From the IMG/VR virus record IMGVR_UViG_3300031933_000215, positions 167,819-231,818 of that record: 64,000 bases of DNA. One strand, 5' to 3'. Below the pieces are notes generated by a model. That model was not told the origin of the DNA, did not search any database, and saw only the letters and a list, made by a program, of their open reading frames with translations. Position 1 is the stretch's first letter, and every line of letters begins with the position of its first letter. This document shows, piece after piece, positions 8,974 through 18,483 of the stretch. Position numbers and translations under genes: made by a program.

Positions 8974-10461
8974 TTGACTGATACCAATGAAAACAAAGGT
9001 TTGGGATTGGTTCTGTATGCCGATGGCAGTTTCCTACCGCGTCGCGCGGGTTGGGGTCTGCATGGGTATACCTTCACCCCCGAACCGCTCGTGAAGAAAC
9101 CCAAAGGTAAATTTCTACCAAGTGAAAAAGGATATTTGGAAACCAAAGAGTTGGATCAGACGGTCACGCCGGTTGTCTACATTGACTGTTACGGTCGGGT
9201 TGAAACCAACCCCACCAACAACACCGCCGAGCTACAAGCCGTCATCGAGGCGATCCGACTGGCCATGCGGTATCCGGTCACGCACCTGCACATTATGTCC
9301 GACAGTGAATACGTGCGCAAAGGTCTGACCAAGTACGTGAATACATGGCAGAAGAACAACTGGACCAAATCCGACGGGCAACCAGTGGCCAACCAAGACT
9401 ACTGGAAAGAACTGTTGGATGTGGAGCGGGAATGGAAGGCCGCTGACCGGACCTTGGACCTCGTGTGGGTCAAAGGTCACTCTGGGGAACCCGGCAACGA
9501 CGCAGCGGATGCGAACGCTAAAACCGCCAGCAAGTCTCAACGGCGCTATCGGTTTAAGGAAACCCCGGCCGAGGAGTACGCGGCCAAATTGCCGGACGCC
9601 AACCCCTTGATCATGAAGACACGGATGTTGTTCAACATGGGTGGGGACGGTACTACCGAACGGCCTGAGAGTAATACGTATTACCTCTACCAGCTCGGTC
9701 GCATGCAAACCTATGGTGTGAAACAACATGACACTGTGATAGAGCGACACAATAAGAGCGATCTTTTGTTGGGCCGTCGAATTGCAGATGCCACGTTTTG
9801 TGTCCTTCAAACCCCAGAACAGGACGAGTTTCTGGAGTCGTTGATGGAAATGCACAGCGACACACATAAAAAGGAAACCATCGAGCTGGCCGTAGCACGT
9901 TTGGACAATGCCTACAAAGCATCGGTTCAACAACGCCTGCGACAACTGGGTGGGATGAGTTTGATTGGACGCAAGGTTAATCACAGCTTGGTGACCCCGC
10001 ATGAGGATTTGGTCACCAAAACCTTAGACCCGCCCCGTTTGGCTCGGGAAGCTGTGAGTCAGTTTGCCATTCTTCAAGAGCGTCTGGAGAAACATCTGGC
10101 CGGGAAGTCCGGTCGGAGCGTTACCACCAAAGACATCACCGATGCATTTTATGCGGAGGAGAAAAATGGTAACAAAAAGACTAAGGTAAAACTTCATAAA
10201 CACATTACGAACAACCTACCGTACATTGAAGTTCCGGTCGAGTTCAAAGACCAGAAACTGAACATTCGGTTGGTATTGGGTGTGGACATCCCGCAACGCA
10301 ACCCACTGTCACGGATTGCTGAACTCAATCCCAAGGTCAGTGCGTTGGTCGTCGCAACAGGACCAGCGGCGTACTCGTTTGCGGTCGTGTTCGAAACGGA
10401 CGACGGTAATGCCATCTACCAGTCGCCGTATACCCAGTTCGTTCTCCCGTTAACCAAATAA
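8974..10461 (+). CDS. rnh: Ribonuclease H (RNase HI domain plus long phiKZ-type C-terminal extension)
   Basis: YADGS, TNNTAELQAV, SDSEYVRKG, WQKNNW, V.NQDYW and WVKGHSGEPGNDAAD motifs. Confidence 0.92.
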   Translation: MTDTNENKGLGLVLYADGSFLPRRAGWGLHGYTFTPEPLVKKPKGKFLPSEKGYLETKELDQTVTPVVYIDCYGRVETNPTNNTAELQAVIEAIRLAMRYPVTHLHIMSDSEYVRKGLTKYVNTWQKNNWTKSDGQPVANQDYWKELLDVEREWKAADRTLDLVWVKGHSGEPGNDAADANAKTASKSQRRYRFKETPAEEYAAKLPDANPLIMKTRMLFNMGGDGTTERPESNTYYLYQLGRMQTYGVKQHDTVIERHNKSDLLLGRRIADATFCVLQTPEQDEFLESLMEMHSDTHKKETIELAVARLDNAYKASVQQRLRQLGGMSLIGRKVNHSLVTPHEDLVTKTLDPPRLAREAVSQFAILQERLEKHLAGKSGRSVTTKDITDAFYAEEKNGNKKTKVKLHKHITNNLPYIEVPVEFKDQKLNIRLVLGVDIPQRNPLSRIAELNPKVSALVVATGPAAYSFAVVFETDDGNAIYQSPYTQFVLPLTK

Positions 10462-10478
10462 ACCCATAGGCACTTGTC

Positions 10479-10895
10479 ATGTCATCGAAACCTTCTGTAA
10501 TAAGAGGATTCTACAACGTCCTTCTACATTTGTGGTTTTACCTCTGGTCCAATGCAAACGATCGATGCAAGCGCATGTTTGTACTGTCATCCCTGTACGC
10601 ACGACTCATGCGCTGCGACGAAGATGACCTGGAAGAACTCAAGGAGCTGAACGAAAACCTGGATCTCAGTAGAGACACCAGAGCTTTACGAACGCCTACG
10701 TTGTTCTCGACGTGGGTGTGGGGGAACACTTTACCGCTGGAACGTGTGAATCTTGACCGCGTGGATTCTTACGTGATGCGATTGGTGAAGAAAACCCCGT
10801 GTTGGCTTTGGTATGCAGACCAAGAAACTCGCCGTAAAGACATTCAAGATCTGATCTTATACTGCGTGGAGCGAAAGACCATGGCTGTGGGATGA
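10479..10895 (+). CDS. Hypothetical protein
   Basis: 138-aa ORF co-oriented with rnh and ending at a terminator. Confidence 0.6.
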   Translation: MSSKPSVIRGFYNVLLHLWFYLWSNANDRCKRMFVLSSLYARLMRCDEDDLEELKELNENLDLSRDTRALRTPTLFSTWVWGNTLPLERVNLDRVDSYVMRLVKKTPCWLWYADQETRRKDIQDLILYCVERKTMAVG

Positions 10896-10910
10896 ACGTT
10901 CGATGAAGAC

Positions 10911-10952
10911 GTCATAAAGGACTCCCCTCGTGTGGGGAGTCCTCTTATGTCG
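10911..10952. terminator. Bidirectional terminator with CATAA/TTATG arms
   Basis: AGGACTCCCC/GGGGAGTCCT stem between convergent genes. Confidence 0.75.
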
Positions 10953-10956
10953 CAAA

Positions 10957-11814
10957 TCAGCCAATGCGAATCAGTGTCCGTTCCATGTGTTTCAGTGCGG
11001 TGGTGGTGTCGATGATTCGGGTCACCTGCACCGAATACCACTCCACCCAACGACCGGCCAATTCCAGCTCGTCGGCGAGGGCTTTCAGTACTTGCTTACT
11101 GACGTTGCCGCGTTTCTTGATGGCACCGAACAACGACTCGGCAATCTTCACCAACGCTTGGGTGTCTTTCTGGACGTCCTTGGGGTTGGCTTTGGCCCAC
11201 CGGACCTTGTTCACTTGATTGATGTGCGTCATGGCTTCAACGCACTGTTTGTTGTTTTCAAACAACTCACCGAAGTTAGCCTCGTTACTGCGGTTGCCTT
11301 CGATGTGCCACCGAGCCTCGGCTTCGATGTGTTTATTCAGCAGGTCGCGATTCAAGGCCATGATGCCTTCCTCAACGCGTTTTTCGTCGAGGTTGTCCAG
11401 GTCGTTCAGGTAGTACGCAAAACGCTTCCGACAGGCTTTGAGGACGTTCTCACGGATGGCGATGAGCGCTTCGAGACGTTCGGTGTCCAATTCTTTGCAG
11501 TACTGGTGAAGATTCCCCGTAAACGCCACCGGTTTGGCCACACGCACGTCGGCAAAATCGGTATAATGGTTCTTGCGCAGGATGCCGCTGATTGACATGG
11601 CGTTCAGACCTTCCGGGCGACTGAAGTCCCACGTGGTCATGAAACGGAACGCGTCCTTCAGGGCCGCACTGAGTTTGGGCAAACGCTCAGACACCACCTT
11701 TCCGATGTCGGATACGGCGAATGCCTCGTTGGAAACGGTTTGACAAGATTCCACCAGACGCTGAATTTCCAGAGTCTCGATGGCTGGGATTTGTGGGTTG
11801 TTGATCTCGGACAT
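10957..11814 (-). CDS. Head protein of phiKZ type (protease-processed)
   Basis: 285-aa helical protein with an SNE motif ~28 aa from the N-terminus; lies divergent from uvsX as in phiKZ-like genomes. Confidence 0.55.
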   Translation of the reverse strand: MSEINNPQIPAIETLEIQRLVESCQTVSNEAFAVSDIGKVVSERLPKLSAALKDAFRFMTTWDFSRPEGLNAMSISGILRKNHYTDFADVRVAKPVAFTGNLHQYCKELDTERLEALIAIRENVLKACRKRFAYYLNDLDNLDEKRVEEGIMALNRDLLNKHIEAEARWHIEGNRSNEANFGELFENNKQCVEAMTHINQVNKVRWAKANPKDVQKDTQALVKIAESLFGAIKKRGNVSKQVLKALADELELAGRWVEWYSVQVTRIIDTTTALKHMERTLIRIG

Positions 11815-11995
11815 AGTAAAACCTATTCAGCAGGTGGGTGGTGACGCGGGGTCACGAGTATTGTGTCATAGAATGTTCCCATAATAAGAAGTTAACCCAT
11901 GGCAGAAAAAACCACCTGAAGGCCCAATGAAGTGACTGTATGCTCACAGAAGCGCCTTTTCCTATTAACACTCAACCGGATAAGAAGCACTGTCT

Positions 11996-13456
11996 ATGTT
12001 TAACAAAGCATTTGCAAAACCACGGTTTCGACCAGCCATCAACGTTGGTTGTTTAATGGACGTTAGTACCGGTAAGTACGAGCGCGGGATTCACGGTGAG
12101 AACATCCTTAACGGGGGCATCTCCGGGATCACGGGGATCTGTGCTCGACCCAACAACTTCAAGACGGCGCTGGCGGTGTACTGCATGGCTATGCTCCGAC
12201 GCTCGTGTCATCACTCGCACGCGATCACCTACGACTCTGAGGGGACACTGTATCCCGTAGGTCGTTTCACCGCCGTTTCCAAGAACGACGAGTACCTCTC
12301 TGAAATCGATTACACCGAAGACGAACAGTTCGCCTTCACGGACATCTCCCAGTACACCGGGGACGAGTTCTTTGACTTGTTCCGCAAGACCGTGAACGAG
12401 AAGACCAAGGATGAGAAATCCCATTTGGGTACCACCCCGTTTGTGGATATGCACGGCAAACCGCGCACTGCACTCTACCCGTCCGGTGGCATGATCGACT
12501 CCCTGTCGCGGATGACCGTGAAAGCGGTGGAAGACATCTACGACAAGAACGTCATTGGTGAGTCGGGCATGAACACCGAAGCCATGAACAACGGTCGGGC
12601 CAAGAAGCAGATGTTCAACCAACTACCGCAGATTTGTGCCCGTACCGGCACCTACCTGTTCCTGACCGCGCACGTAAAAGACGTGATCAACATGGAGATG
12701 TACCCGACCGACAAACGGAACCTGTCTTACATGAAAAAGGACACGGTGCTCGAAGGTGTGTCCGGGGGGTTCTACTCGCTGCCCAACAACGTGTGGATGA
12801 TCACCGCCAACAAGCCGCTGCAGAACAAAGACAAGATGCCGGAGTACCCGTGGGACAACTCCGAAGCCATGAAAGGTGACACCGACCTCTCCATCCTCAC
12901 CATGATGAACATTCGTGGGAAGAACGGGCTGTCTGGCTTCCCCATCGACATCATCGTGTCTCAATCCGAAGGGGTATTGGCCTCACTGTCCGAGTTCCAT
13001 TATTGCAAGGACACCGACCGGTTTGGGCTGGGCGGTAACCTGCAGAACTATTACATGGAACTGCTTCCGGATGTGAAACTCAGTCGCACCACCGTGCGTC
13101 AGAAGCTGAACAAAGACTACCGCCTGCGTCGTGCGGTTCAGATCACGGCGGAACTGTTGCAGTTGATCCAGTTCCATCGCGACATGGACCCGGGTCTGCT
13201 CTGTGACCCCAAGACCCTCTACGACGATCTGACTGCCATGGGGTACAACTGGGACACGCTGCTGGAAACTCGGGGGTATTGGGTGTTTGATGAAGAGCTC
13301 AAGGAACATCCACGGAAATACCTTTCCACAAAAGACCTGCTGGAGATGCGGATTGGTAAATACGTCCCGTGGTGGCTGAGCAAGGAAGAGAAAGCCAACC
13401 TGAAGATGGAGAAAGCGGCCGGCGCCAGTAAGGCGGAGGATAAATCAGCCGCATGA
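11996..13456 (+). CDS. uvsX: UvsX/RecA-like recombinase of phiKZ type
   Basis: Divergent Walker A (GICARPNNFKT), YDSEG, IDSLS, and LFLTAH motifs. Confidence 0.85.
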   Translation: MFNKAFAKPRFRPAINVGCLMDVSTGKYERGIHGENILNGGISGITGICARPNNFKTALAVYCMAMLRRSCHHSHAITYDSEGTLYPVGRFTAVSKNDEYLSEIDYTEDEQFAFTDISQYTGDEFFDLFRKTVNEKTKDEKSHLGTTPFVDMHGKPRTALYPSGGMIDSLSRMTVKAVEDIYDKNVIGESGMNTEAMNNGRAKKQMFNQLPQICARTGTYLFLTAHVKDVINMEMYPTDKRNLSYMKKDTVLEGVSGGFYSLPNNVWMITANKPLQNKDKMPEYPWDNSEAMKGDTDLSILTMMNIRGKNGLSGFPIDIIVSQSEGVLASLSEFHYCKDTDRFGLGGNLQNYYMELLPDVKLSRTTVRQKLNKDYRLRRAVQITAELLQLIQFHRDMDPGLLCDPKTLYDDLTAMGYNWDTLLETRGYWVFDEELKEHPRKYLSTKDLLEMRIGKYVPWWLSKEEKANLKMEKAAGASKAEDKSAA

Positions 13457-13815
13457 TTGTCTACACTTACCAGTTGGCACACTGGCGGCGATTAGCCAAA
13501 ACCGGTGTGCCACTGGTTGACACAACCGTGAAAACCGGCGAGCTGCGTCTCGCGCCTTCCTGGGACATGGTCATGGGAATCAAGCGCGGGACGATCACTG
13601 AGGCGGAGTACACCCGCCTTTACCAGGCTCGTTTGGACCACTGGTGGTTTCAAGATCCTTTATTCTGGGATGAGTTGCTGACTCATCCCGTTTTGGCGTT
13701 CGGCTGCTACTGCCGAGCGGGGACGTTTTGCCACCGTCATTTATTAGTCGAGTTCTTAAAACGCGTCACCCACGTAGAGTATCGTGGCGAGCTGACCGGG
13801 GAACACGACCCTTAA
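13453..13815 (+). CDS. DUF488-like protein
   Basis: LAPSW.MV, EAEY...Y and LAFGCYC....FCHRHLL motifs; ATGA overlap with uvsX. Confidence 0.6.
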   Translation: MIVYTYQLAHWRRLAKTGVPLVDTTVKTGELRLAPSWDMVMGIKRGTITEAEYTRLYQARLDHWWFQDPLFWDELLTHPVLAFGCYCRAGTFCHRHLLVEFLKRVTHVEYRGELTGEHDP

Positions 13816-13833
13816 CCACATTCGGAGTTTATC

Positions 13834-14142
13834 ATGCCGCACCGCAACCACACCATCCGCACCAAAGTGTTTTACCTGATCCGCTACCACGACGTGGAGC
13901 TGGCGGAATCGTTCCTGCGTCACTGCCAACACGCCAACGACCTGGAAGACATCAACGCCTTCTTTCACCGTACCCTGGCTCAGATGACACCGGACACCAC
14001 CGCCATCCGTTCGGTACTGGAAACCAACATCACCGAAGAGCAGTGGCTGCAGCGGTTTGACCAGCACGTGCTGCCGTTCCTGCGTGAGCATCGATTCCCT
14101 CCACTGTCAGGTAAAAACGTTCCGTCGCTGTATTCAGAATAA
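13834..14142 (+). CDS. Hypothetical protein
   Basis: ORF with GGAG RBS in operon. Confidence 0.6.
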   Translation: MPHRNHTIRTKVFYLIRYHDVELAESFLRHCQHANDLEDINAFFHRTLAQMTPDTTAIRSVLETNITEEQWLQRFDQHVLPFLREHRFPPLSGKNVPSLYSE

Positions 14143-14151
14143 GGACATTCC

Positions 14152-14448
14152 ATGTCAATGGCAGAAGAGTTAGGTGTTCAACCGGTCGTGGTGGCTGCGG
14201 CGTGTCGCGTGGGTGATGTCATGGTAGTCAGTGCCCGCCACTTCGATCTGTTGATGCATCAGCAAATCAAACAACTGGGCATGACGAAAGACTTCCGGAC
14301 CAAGGCCGAACAGGGGTTCATTGACCAGTTCGGGGAGTTCCTCGATCGGTTCGAGGCGTTGGAAGTAGCCAAGGCGGCCGGGCAGTTGAACGTCCGGCGT
14401 CCCAAAACGTTCCCTCAAGACCGGTTATTCAGCGAAGACATCTACTGA
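14152..14448 (+). CDS. Conserved phage hypothetical protein
   Basis: ARHFD..M, EQGFIDQFG.FLDR.EA and LFSEDIY motifs of a widespread phage family. Confidence 0.7.
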   Translation: MSMAEELGVQPVVVAAACRVGDVMVVSARHFDLLMHQQIKQLGMTKDFRTKAEQGFIDQFGEFLDRFEALEVAKAAGQLNVRRPKTFPQDRLFSEDIY

Positions 14449-14503
14449 GCCCAGCGCGGGCTATTTTATGACAGAGCCCCCTAACACAAAGAGAGGTCAT
14501 CGC

Positions 14504-15178
14504 ATGACACCCAGAGAAAAGGCCACGCAAGAATTGTTGTACTTCATCGACCGTTTCGCGCCCGGTTCCGAAAACCGGGCCATTTATGAGAAGCGGCTGA
14601 ACGCCATGTCGAACCGCGAGTTCGAAGCGTTCATTGAGCGGTTGGAATCAGGCAGTGAAACCCTGTCCTTGTTCATTCCGAATCTGAGCGAGCACAAGCT
14701 CGACATCAACCGCAACTTCGAGATCGCCGAAGAGTTGGGTCACGAGTTCTACCAGCACTTGTACTTGACCGACCCCCAAACGGGTCAGGTGGTGAAAACC
14801 CCAGTCAAACACTTGGTGTTGATGTTGCCATTGCGTCGTCAGGCGCAGATGCTGTACAAGAAGATTTCCATACCGGAAAACAACCGCGCTGTGGACGATC
14901 GTTCCGGCCAGCCCACCGGGCCGTCGAAAGGCGCCAGTATCTCGTACCCGGAACTGCAGGTAAACGCCGCCAAAGGTTTGGACAACATGGTACTGGAGCT
15001 GATCAAGTACCGGGGTGGTGACACCCGGTCGTTCAACGCCATGAACCGCAGTATCATGGAAACCGGCGAAGCGTCAATGAATGAAATCGATAGCGAAGGC
15101 GATACCACCGTAAAGTCTACTCAGACCCTCGACGTTATGCTGAAAGCCATGCACCTGAATAGCAATCTACGACAATAA
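14504..15178 (+). CDS. rpoB: Virion RNA polymerase beta subunit, C-terminal fragment (phiKZ gp149-like)
   Basis: RSGQPTGPSKGASISYPELQV corresponds to the beta clamp region QQPLGG...GEME. Start at ATG 14504 after GAGAGG. Confidence 0.85.
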   Translation: MTPREKATQELLYFIDRFAPGSENRAIYEKRLNAMSNREFEAFIERLESGSETLSLFIPNLSEHKLDINRNFEIAEELGHEFYQHLYLTDPQTGQVVKTPVKHLVLMLPLRRQAQMLYKKISIPENNRAVDDRSGQPTGPSKGASISYPELQVNAAKGLDNMVLELIKYRGGDTRSFNAMNRSIMETGEASMNEIDSEGDTTVKSTQTLDVMLKAMHLNSNLRQ

Positions 15179-15187
15179 GGAATCGCA

Positions 15188-15703
15188 ATGCTATCACTGT
15201 ACGAAGAAGTCACTGTGGCCGTTACCGGCGCCATCGAAGAAGAGTTGAAGCTCCAACCGCGTGAGATGCACAATACGTTTTACGCTTGGGCATTACGGTT
15301 GCGTCACGAGCACCGCATTTATTACATCAACGCGGACATGGCACGCGAACAACTGTGGGCCGAGCTGCGCCGGGACGAGAAACTGCTTGACCTGATACTG
15401 CGTGCCAGCATCGGTTTTTACAACCGTTTGATGGACGATAACGGTGGCGACCACCGGTTTAGTTCGCAATGCACGACGTTGGCAAAAGGCATCAGCTCTG
15501 CAGTCAACAAAGCTGGGAGCGTTGCGGACGACACGTTCACAGAAAAAGTGCCCAAGCAGGAAACAGTGGCCAACTTGTTGCAGTCGGAAATCTGGTTGTG
15601 TTTCACCCTGTCGCTGGAGCGTTGCCTCACCCGTGTGATTCCCGGAAACCTACTCGAACCCCTGGTGGCACGAACGTCCGGGAGTAAAATAACGGAGGAA
15701 TAA
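15188..15703 (+). CDS. Hypothetical protein
   Basis: 171-aa ORF with RBS in operon. Confidence 0.65.
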   Translation: MLSLYEEVTVAVTGAIEEELKLQPREMHNTFYAWALRLRHEHRIYYINADMAREQLWAELRRDEKLLDLILRASIGFYNRLMDDNGGDHRFSSQCTTLAKGISSAVNKAGSVADDTFTEKVPKQETVANLLQSEIWLCFTLSLERCLTRVIPGNLLEPLVARTSGSKITEE

Positions 15704-15706
15704 CCC

Positions 15707-16417
15707 GTGCGTAAAATCTACATTGATTTGGACGGTCTGTTGGACACCCGACTGGGGACGGTGGCGAAGCTCAACCCCGAAGCGGCGATTCAGGTCATTC
15801 AGGGCGACCGTTATTGGGATCGGGAACACACGGACTGGCACGAACTGTCCAATGGGTACCTGAACAACGAGCAGTTCACCGAAGCCTGGGAACAGCGTGA
15901 CAAGGAAACCCTGAGGGAATCCGTCATGACGTCGATCCTGGCGGTGCTGGGGCGGGTTCTGGCTGAGTACCACCAGAACATGAAAGAAGGCATGACAGCC
16001 GACGAGGTGGCGGTTGAAATCAACGTGGCCCCGTACCCGTTCGACGACGAGGAAATGGAGGAGCTGGCGGACATCCTTAAGATGAACACGTACAAGGATC
16101 TCCCGGTGTTCTTCATCTCCCGTCCCTTGGACGAGCTCACCCCCGAATTCATCCGGGATAACTACGATGCCATGATCCTGTTTGATTTTCATCAATGGGT
16201 GCGCCACCACCACACGGCGTTGGTGAGGTGTCATTGTCGGGACGTGACGTTCATCATTCCCCGGTTGTTCGAGCGCAAACCCGAACGCCTGACGGACGAA
16301 CAAAAGCGCGACGAGTTCGTGGCGTTCCGGTTGGGGTTCTTGGACCACTTGGAGCTGGAGTTCATCGACCCGTCGTGGTTCTCGATGTTCCGCCCATTGA
16401 ACAAACCGCCCGAATAA
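15707..16417 (+). CDS. Conserved phiKZ-like protein with HAD-like N-terminal motif
   Basis: Starts IYIDLDGLLDT (DxD); GTG start after GGAGGA. Confidence 0.55.
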   Translation: MRKIYIDLDGLLDTRLGTVAKLNPEAAIQVIQGDRYWDREHTDWHELSNGYLNNEQFTEAWEQRDKETLRESVMTSILAVLGRVLAEYHQNMKEGMTADEVAVEINVAPYPFDDEEMEELADILKMNTYKDLPVFFISRPLDELTPEFIRDNYDAMILFDFHQWVRHHHTALVRCHCRDVTFIIPRLFERKPERLTDEQKRDEFVAFRLGFLDHLELEFIDPSWFSMFRPLNKPPE

Positions 16418-16450
16418 TAAGTGCCGTCCTTCGGGACGGCGTTTATGCCG
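16415..16450 (+). terminator. Terminator hairpin
   Basis: GCCGTCC-TTCG-GGACGGC followed by GTTTATGCCG. Confidence 0.75.
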
Positions 16451-16475
16451 TCTTCAATTCCAAGCAAACTGACGC

Positions 16476-16491
16476 CTATATCACTCAGGTG
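16476..16491 (+). promoter_or_regulatory. Early (vRNAP) promoter motif CTATATCAC-N4-RTG
   Basis: One of six intergenic copies; resembles the phiKZ early consensus TATATTAC. Confidence 0.7.
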
Positions 16492-16543
16492 GTATAACTC
16501 CAATCGAGTTAACCCTTATCACATTACTTTGAGGAAAAGTATC

Positions 16544-16717
16544 ATGATCATTAAAGTTGGCCCCGTAAGCTTCAACACCCGCAACAAGAAAATCAACTTG
16601 GATCGTCGGACCATCAAAGGTCAATCCGCCGCCAAACACGTCACCTACATTGCCGTGGGTGCCGCTGCAACCGCCGGTGTGGCCGCTGCGGTGAACTTCG
16701 TCAACCGTCAGTTTTAA
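16544..16717 (+). CDS. Small early protein with hydrophobic C-terminal helix
   Basis: ATG 16544 after GAGGA, downstream of an early promoter motif. Confidence 0.55.
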   Translation: MIIKVGPVSFNTRNKKINLDRRTIKGQSAAKHVTYIAVGAAATAGVAAAVNFVNRQF

Positions 16718-16773
16718 TCGTAGGGTTTGTCAATGATGTGCATTATACTCAATTCAAAAGAGGAGTGATGACC

Positions 16774-17421
16774 ATGACCACCTATGAAACAAACCACGAA
16801 GCCAAGGCTTTGTTTGTGATTCTGATGGGGGCGATCCTGTTTGTCTTTGCCCAATTGCCGAACTCGATCGTCATTAACCATGCGTTCTTTGAACCGACCC
16901 CTGAGACTCAGGTGGTTGAGGTCGCCACTCCTAACGGGGTTAGCGGTAAGATCGTCCGCACCGTCCACGACGTACCCCCGGAAACCTGGCGGGACAACAT
17001 TGCCATCGACCTACCGAAAGGTAACGATGTCATGACCGCCGATTGGAACGAAGTCGAATGCCTAGCGGTAAACATTTACCATGAATCACGTAACCAATCC
17101 CAACTCGGGCAGGAGTTGGTAGCGCAGGTCGTGGTCAATCGGATGGAAAACCGACATTACCCCAACACCGCCTGCGAGGTCATCCGTCAATCGTATCAGT
17201 TCAGCTGGACCCATGACGGTAAGAGTGACCAAGTTCGTGATCGGGTGGCGTATGAGAAGGCTTACACAACTGCAATAGAGTATCTTCTATTGAAAAAAGT
17301 AGCTGATGTTGAAAACGCAAAACGTCTATTAAATTACCATGCCGACTACGTGAATCCAGGTTGGTATAATCTCACGGTCGCGGTAGTTGAGGGGGCGCAT
17401 ATTTTCTATACAAGGGGATAA
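16774..17421 (+). CDS. Cell-wall hydrolase (SleB/CwlJ, Hydrolase_2 family) with N-terminal membrane anchor; chimeric 3' half
   Basis: CLAVNIYHESR, VAQVVVNR and YQFSW motifs; hydrophobic N-terminal segment. Confidence 0.88.
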   Translation: MTTYETNHEAKALFVILMGAILFVFAQLPNSIVINHAFFEPTPETQVVEVATPNGVSGKIVRTVHDVPPETWRDNIAIDLPKGNDVMTADWNEVECLAVNIYHESRNQSQLGQELVAQVVVNRMENRHYPNTACEVIRQSYQFSWTHDGKSDQVRDRVAYEKAYTTAIEYLLLKKVADVENAKRLLNYHADYVNPGWYNLTVAVVEGAHIFYTRG

Positions 17422-17426
17422 GTAAA

Positions 17427-18080
17427 ATGGGTAGTGCTCTTGACTTAACAGGTAAGACCTTTGGCAGACTTACCGTTGTTCGTTTAGAACCTAAAGAAAA
17501 AGGTAGACGGCGCTGGCGCTGTCTATGTTCTTGTGGCAATGAGGTAACTGTGATCAGTTATCAACTTACGGGCAATAAAACAAAAAGTTGCGGGTGCTAC
17601 CACAAAGAACGTGTTTCCAAAATGTTTCGTAAGCATGGTAAAAGCAATAACCCTACTTACAAAAGCTGGCAGGCAATGAAGAATCGTTGTGGAAATCCAA
17701 AAGCCAGTGATTACCCATACTACGGGGGTCGTGGAATAAAATACGACCCCCGTTGGGAGGACTTCGAAGCTTTCTTAAGCGATATGGGTGAGAAACCGAC
17801 ACCAAAACACACCATCGAAAGGATTAACAATGATGGGGATTACACAAAACAGAATTGTTATTGGGCAACTCGTTTAGAGCAGGCTCAAAATCAAACCCAT
17901 AGTGCCAGGATTGAATACCGTGGTGTGGAACACACGTTTATGGAACTCTCCAGACGTACTGGGGTTAAAGAGTCTATGCTTAGATATCGGATTCGCGTCA
18001 TGGGTATGAGCCCTGAGGAAGCAGTGGAAACACCAAATCGATACTCTAACAAACCCGATCCGCACTACACTTCGCTGTAA
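17427..18080 (+). CDS. Free-standing HNH homing endonuclease
   Basis: DLTGKTFGRLTV, CLCSCG, KSCGC, W.AMKNRC, YGGRGI, TIERINNDGDY...NCYWAT motifs. Confidence 0.88.
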   Translation: MGSALDLTGKTFGRLTVVRLEPKEKGRRRWRCLCSCGNEVTVISYQLTGNKTKSCGCYHKERVSKMFRKHGKSNNPTYKSWQAMKNRCGNPKASDYPYYGGRGIKYDPRWEDFEAFLSDMGEKPTPKHTIERINNDGDYTKQNCYWATRLEQAQNQTHSARIEYRGVEHTFMELSRRTGVKESMLRYRIRVMGMSPEEAVETPNRYSNKPDPHYTSL

Positions 18081-18086
18081 GGTTAG

Positions 18087-18440
18087 GCCCGTGGTGAGCC
18101 CGAACTGGGCCAAGAACTCGTTGCTCAGGTCGTGGTCAACCGCATGAAGAAGAAATGGTGGCCTGAGACGGCCTGTGGCGTCGTCAGAGAGGCGTATCAG
18201 TTCAGCTGGACCCACGATGGCCGGTCAGACCAAGTCACCGATGAAGAGGCCTACAAGGAGGCGTACTTGATTGCGGTCGAGTACCTACACCTCAAGAAGG
18301 TCGCCGAGTTGCCTTATGCCGAACAGATTGTCAACTACCATAATCACACTGTAGTACCCAATTGGGACAACATGCAGGCGGTTAGTACAGTAGGCAATCA
18401 CCAGTTCTATCGACCCACGTACTACGTGACGTCGGCATAA
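18087..18440 (+). pseudogene. Displaced native C-terminal half of the SleB-like hydrolase
   Basis: Reads ARGEPELGQELVAQVVVNRM...YQFSWTHDG...HQFY. It starts exactly one codon after the YHE catalytic motif position, has no RBS/start for the catalytic part, and is preceded by an in-frame TAG. Confidence 0.8.
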
Positions 18441-18483
18441 ACAGAGGGGCGCGTGCCCCTCTGTCACTCGGTCCTTTTCTTTT

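Noticed and set aside
17087-18087. Group I intron in the hydrolase gene (a T|...G junction would give YHE-SRGEP in frame)
   Set aside because: The interval is fully occupied by coding sequence (hydrolase half plus HNH), with only ~5-6 nt spacers and no recognisable P3/P4/P7 core.
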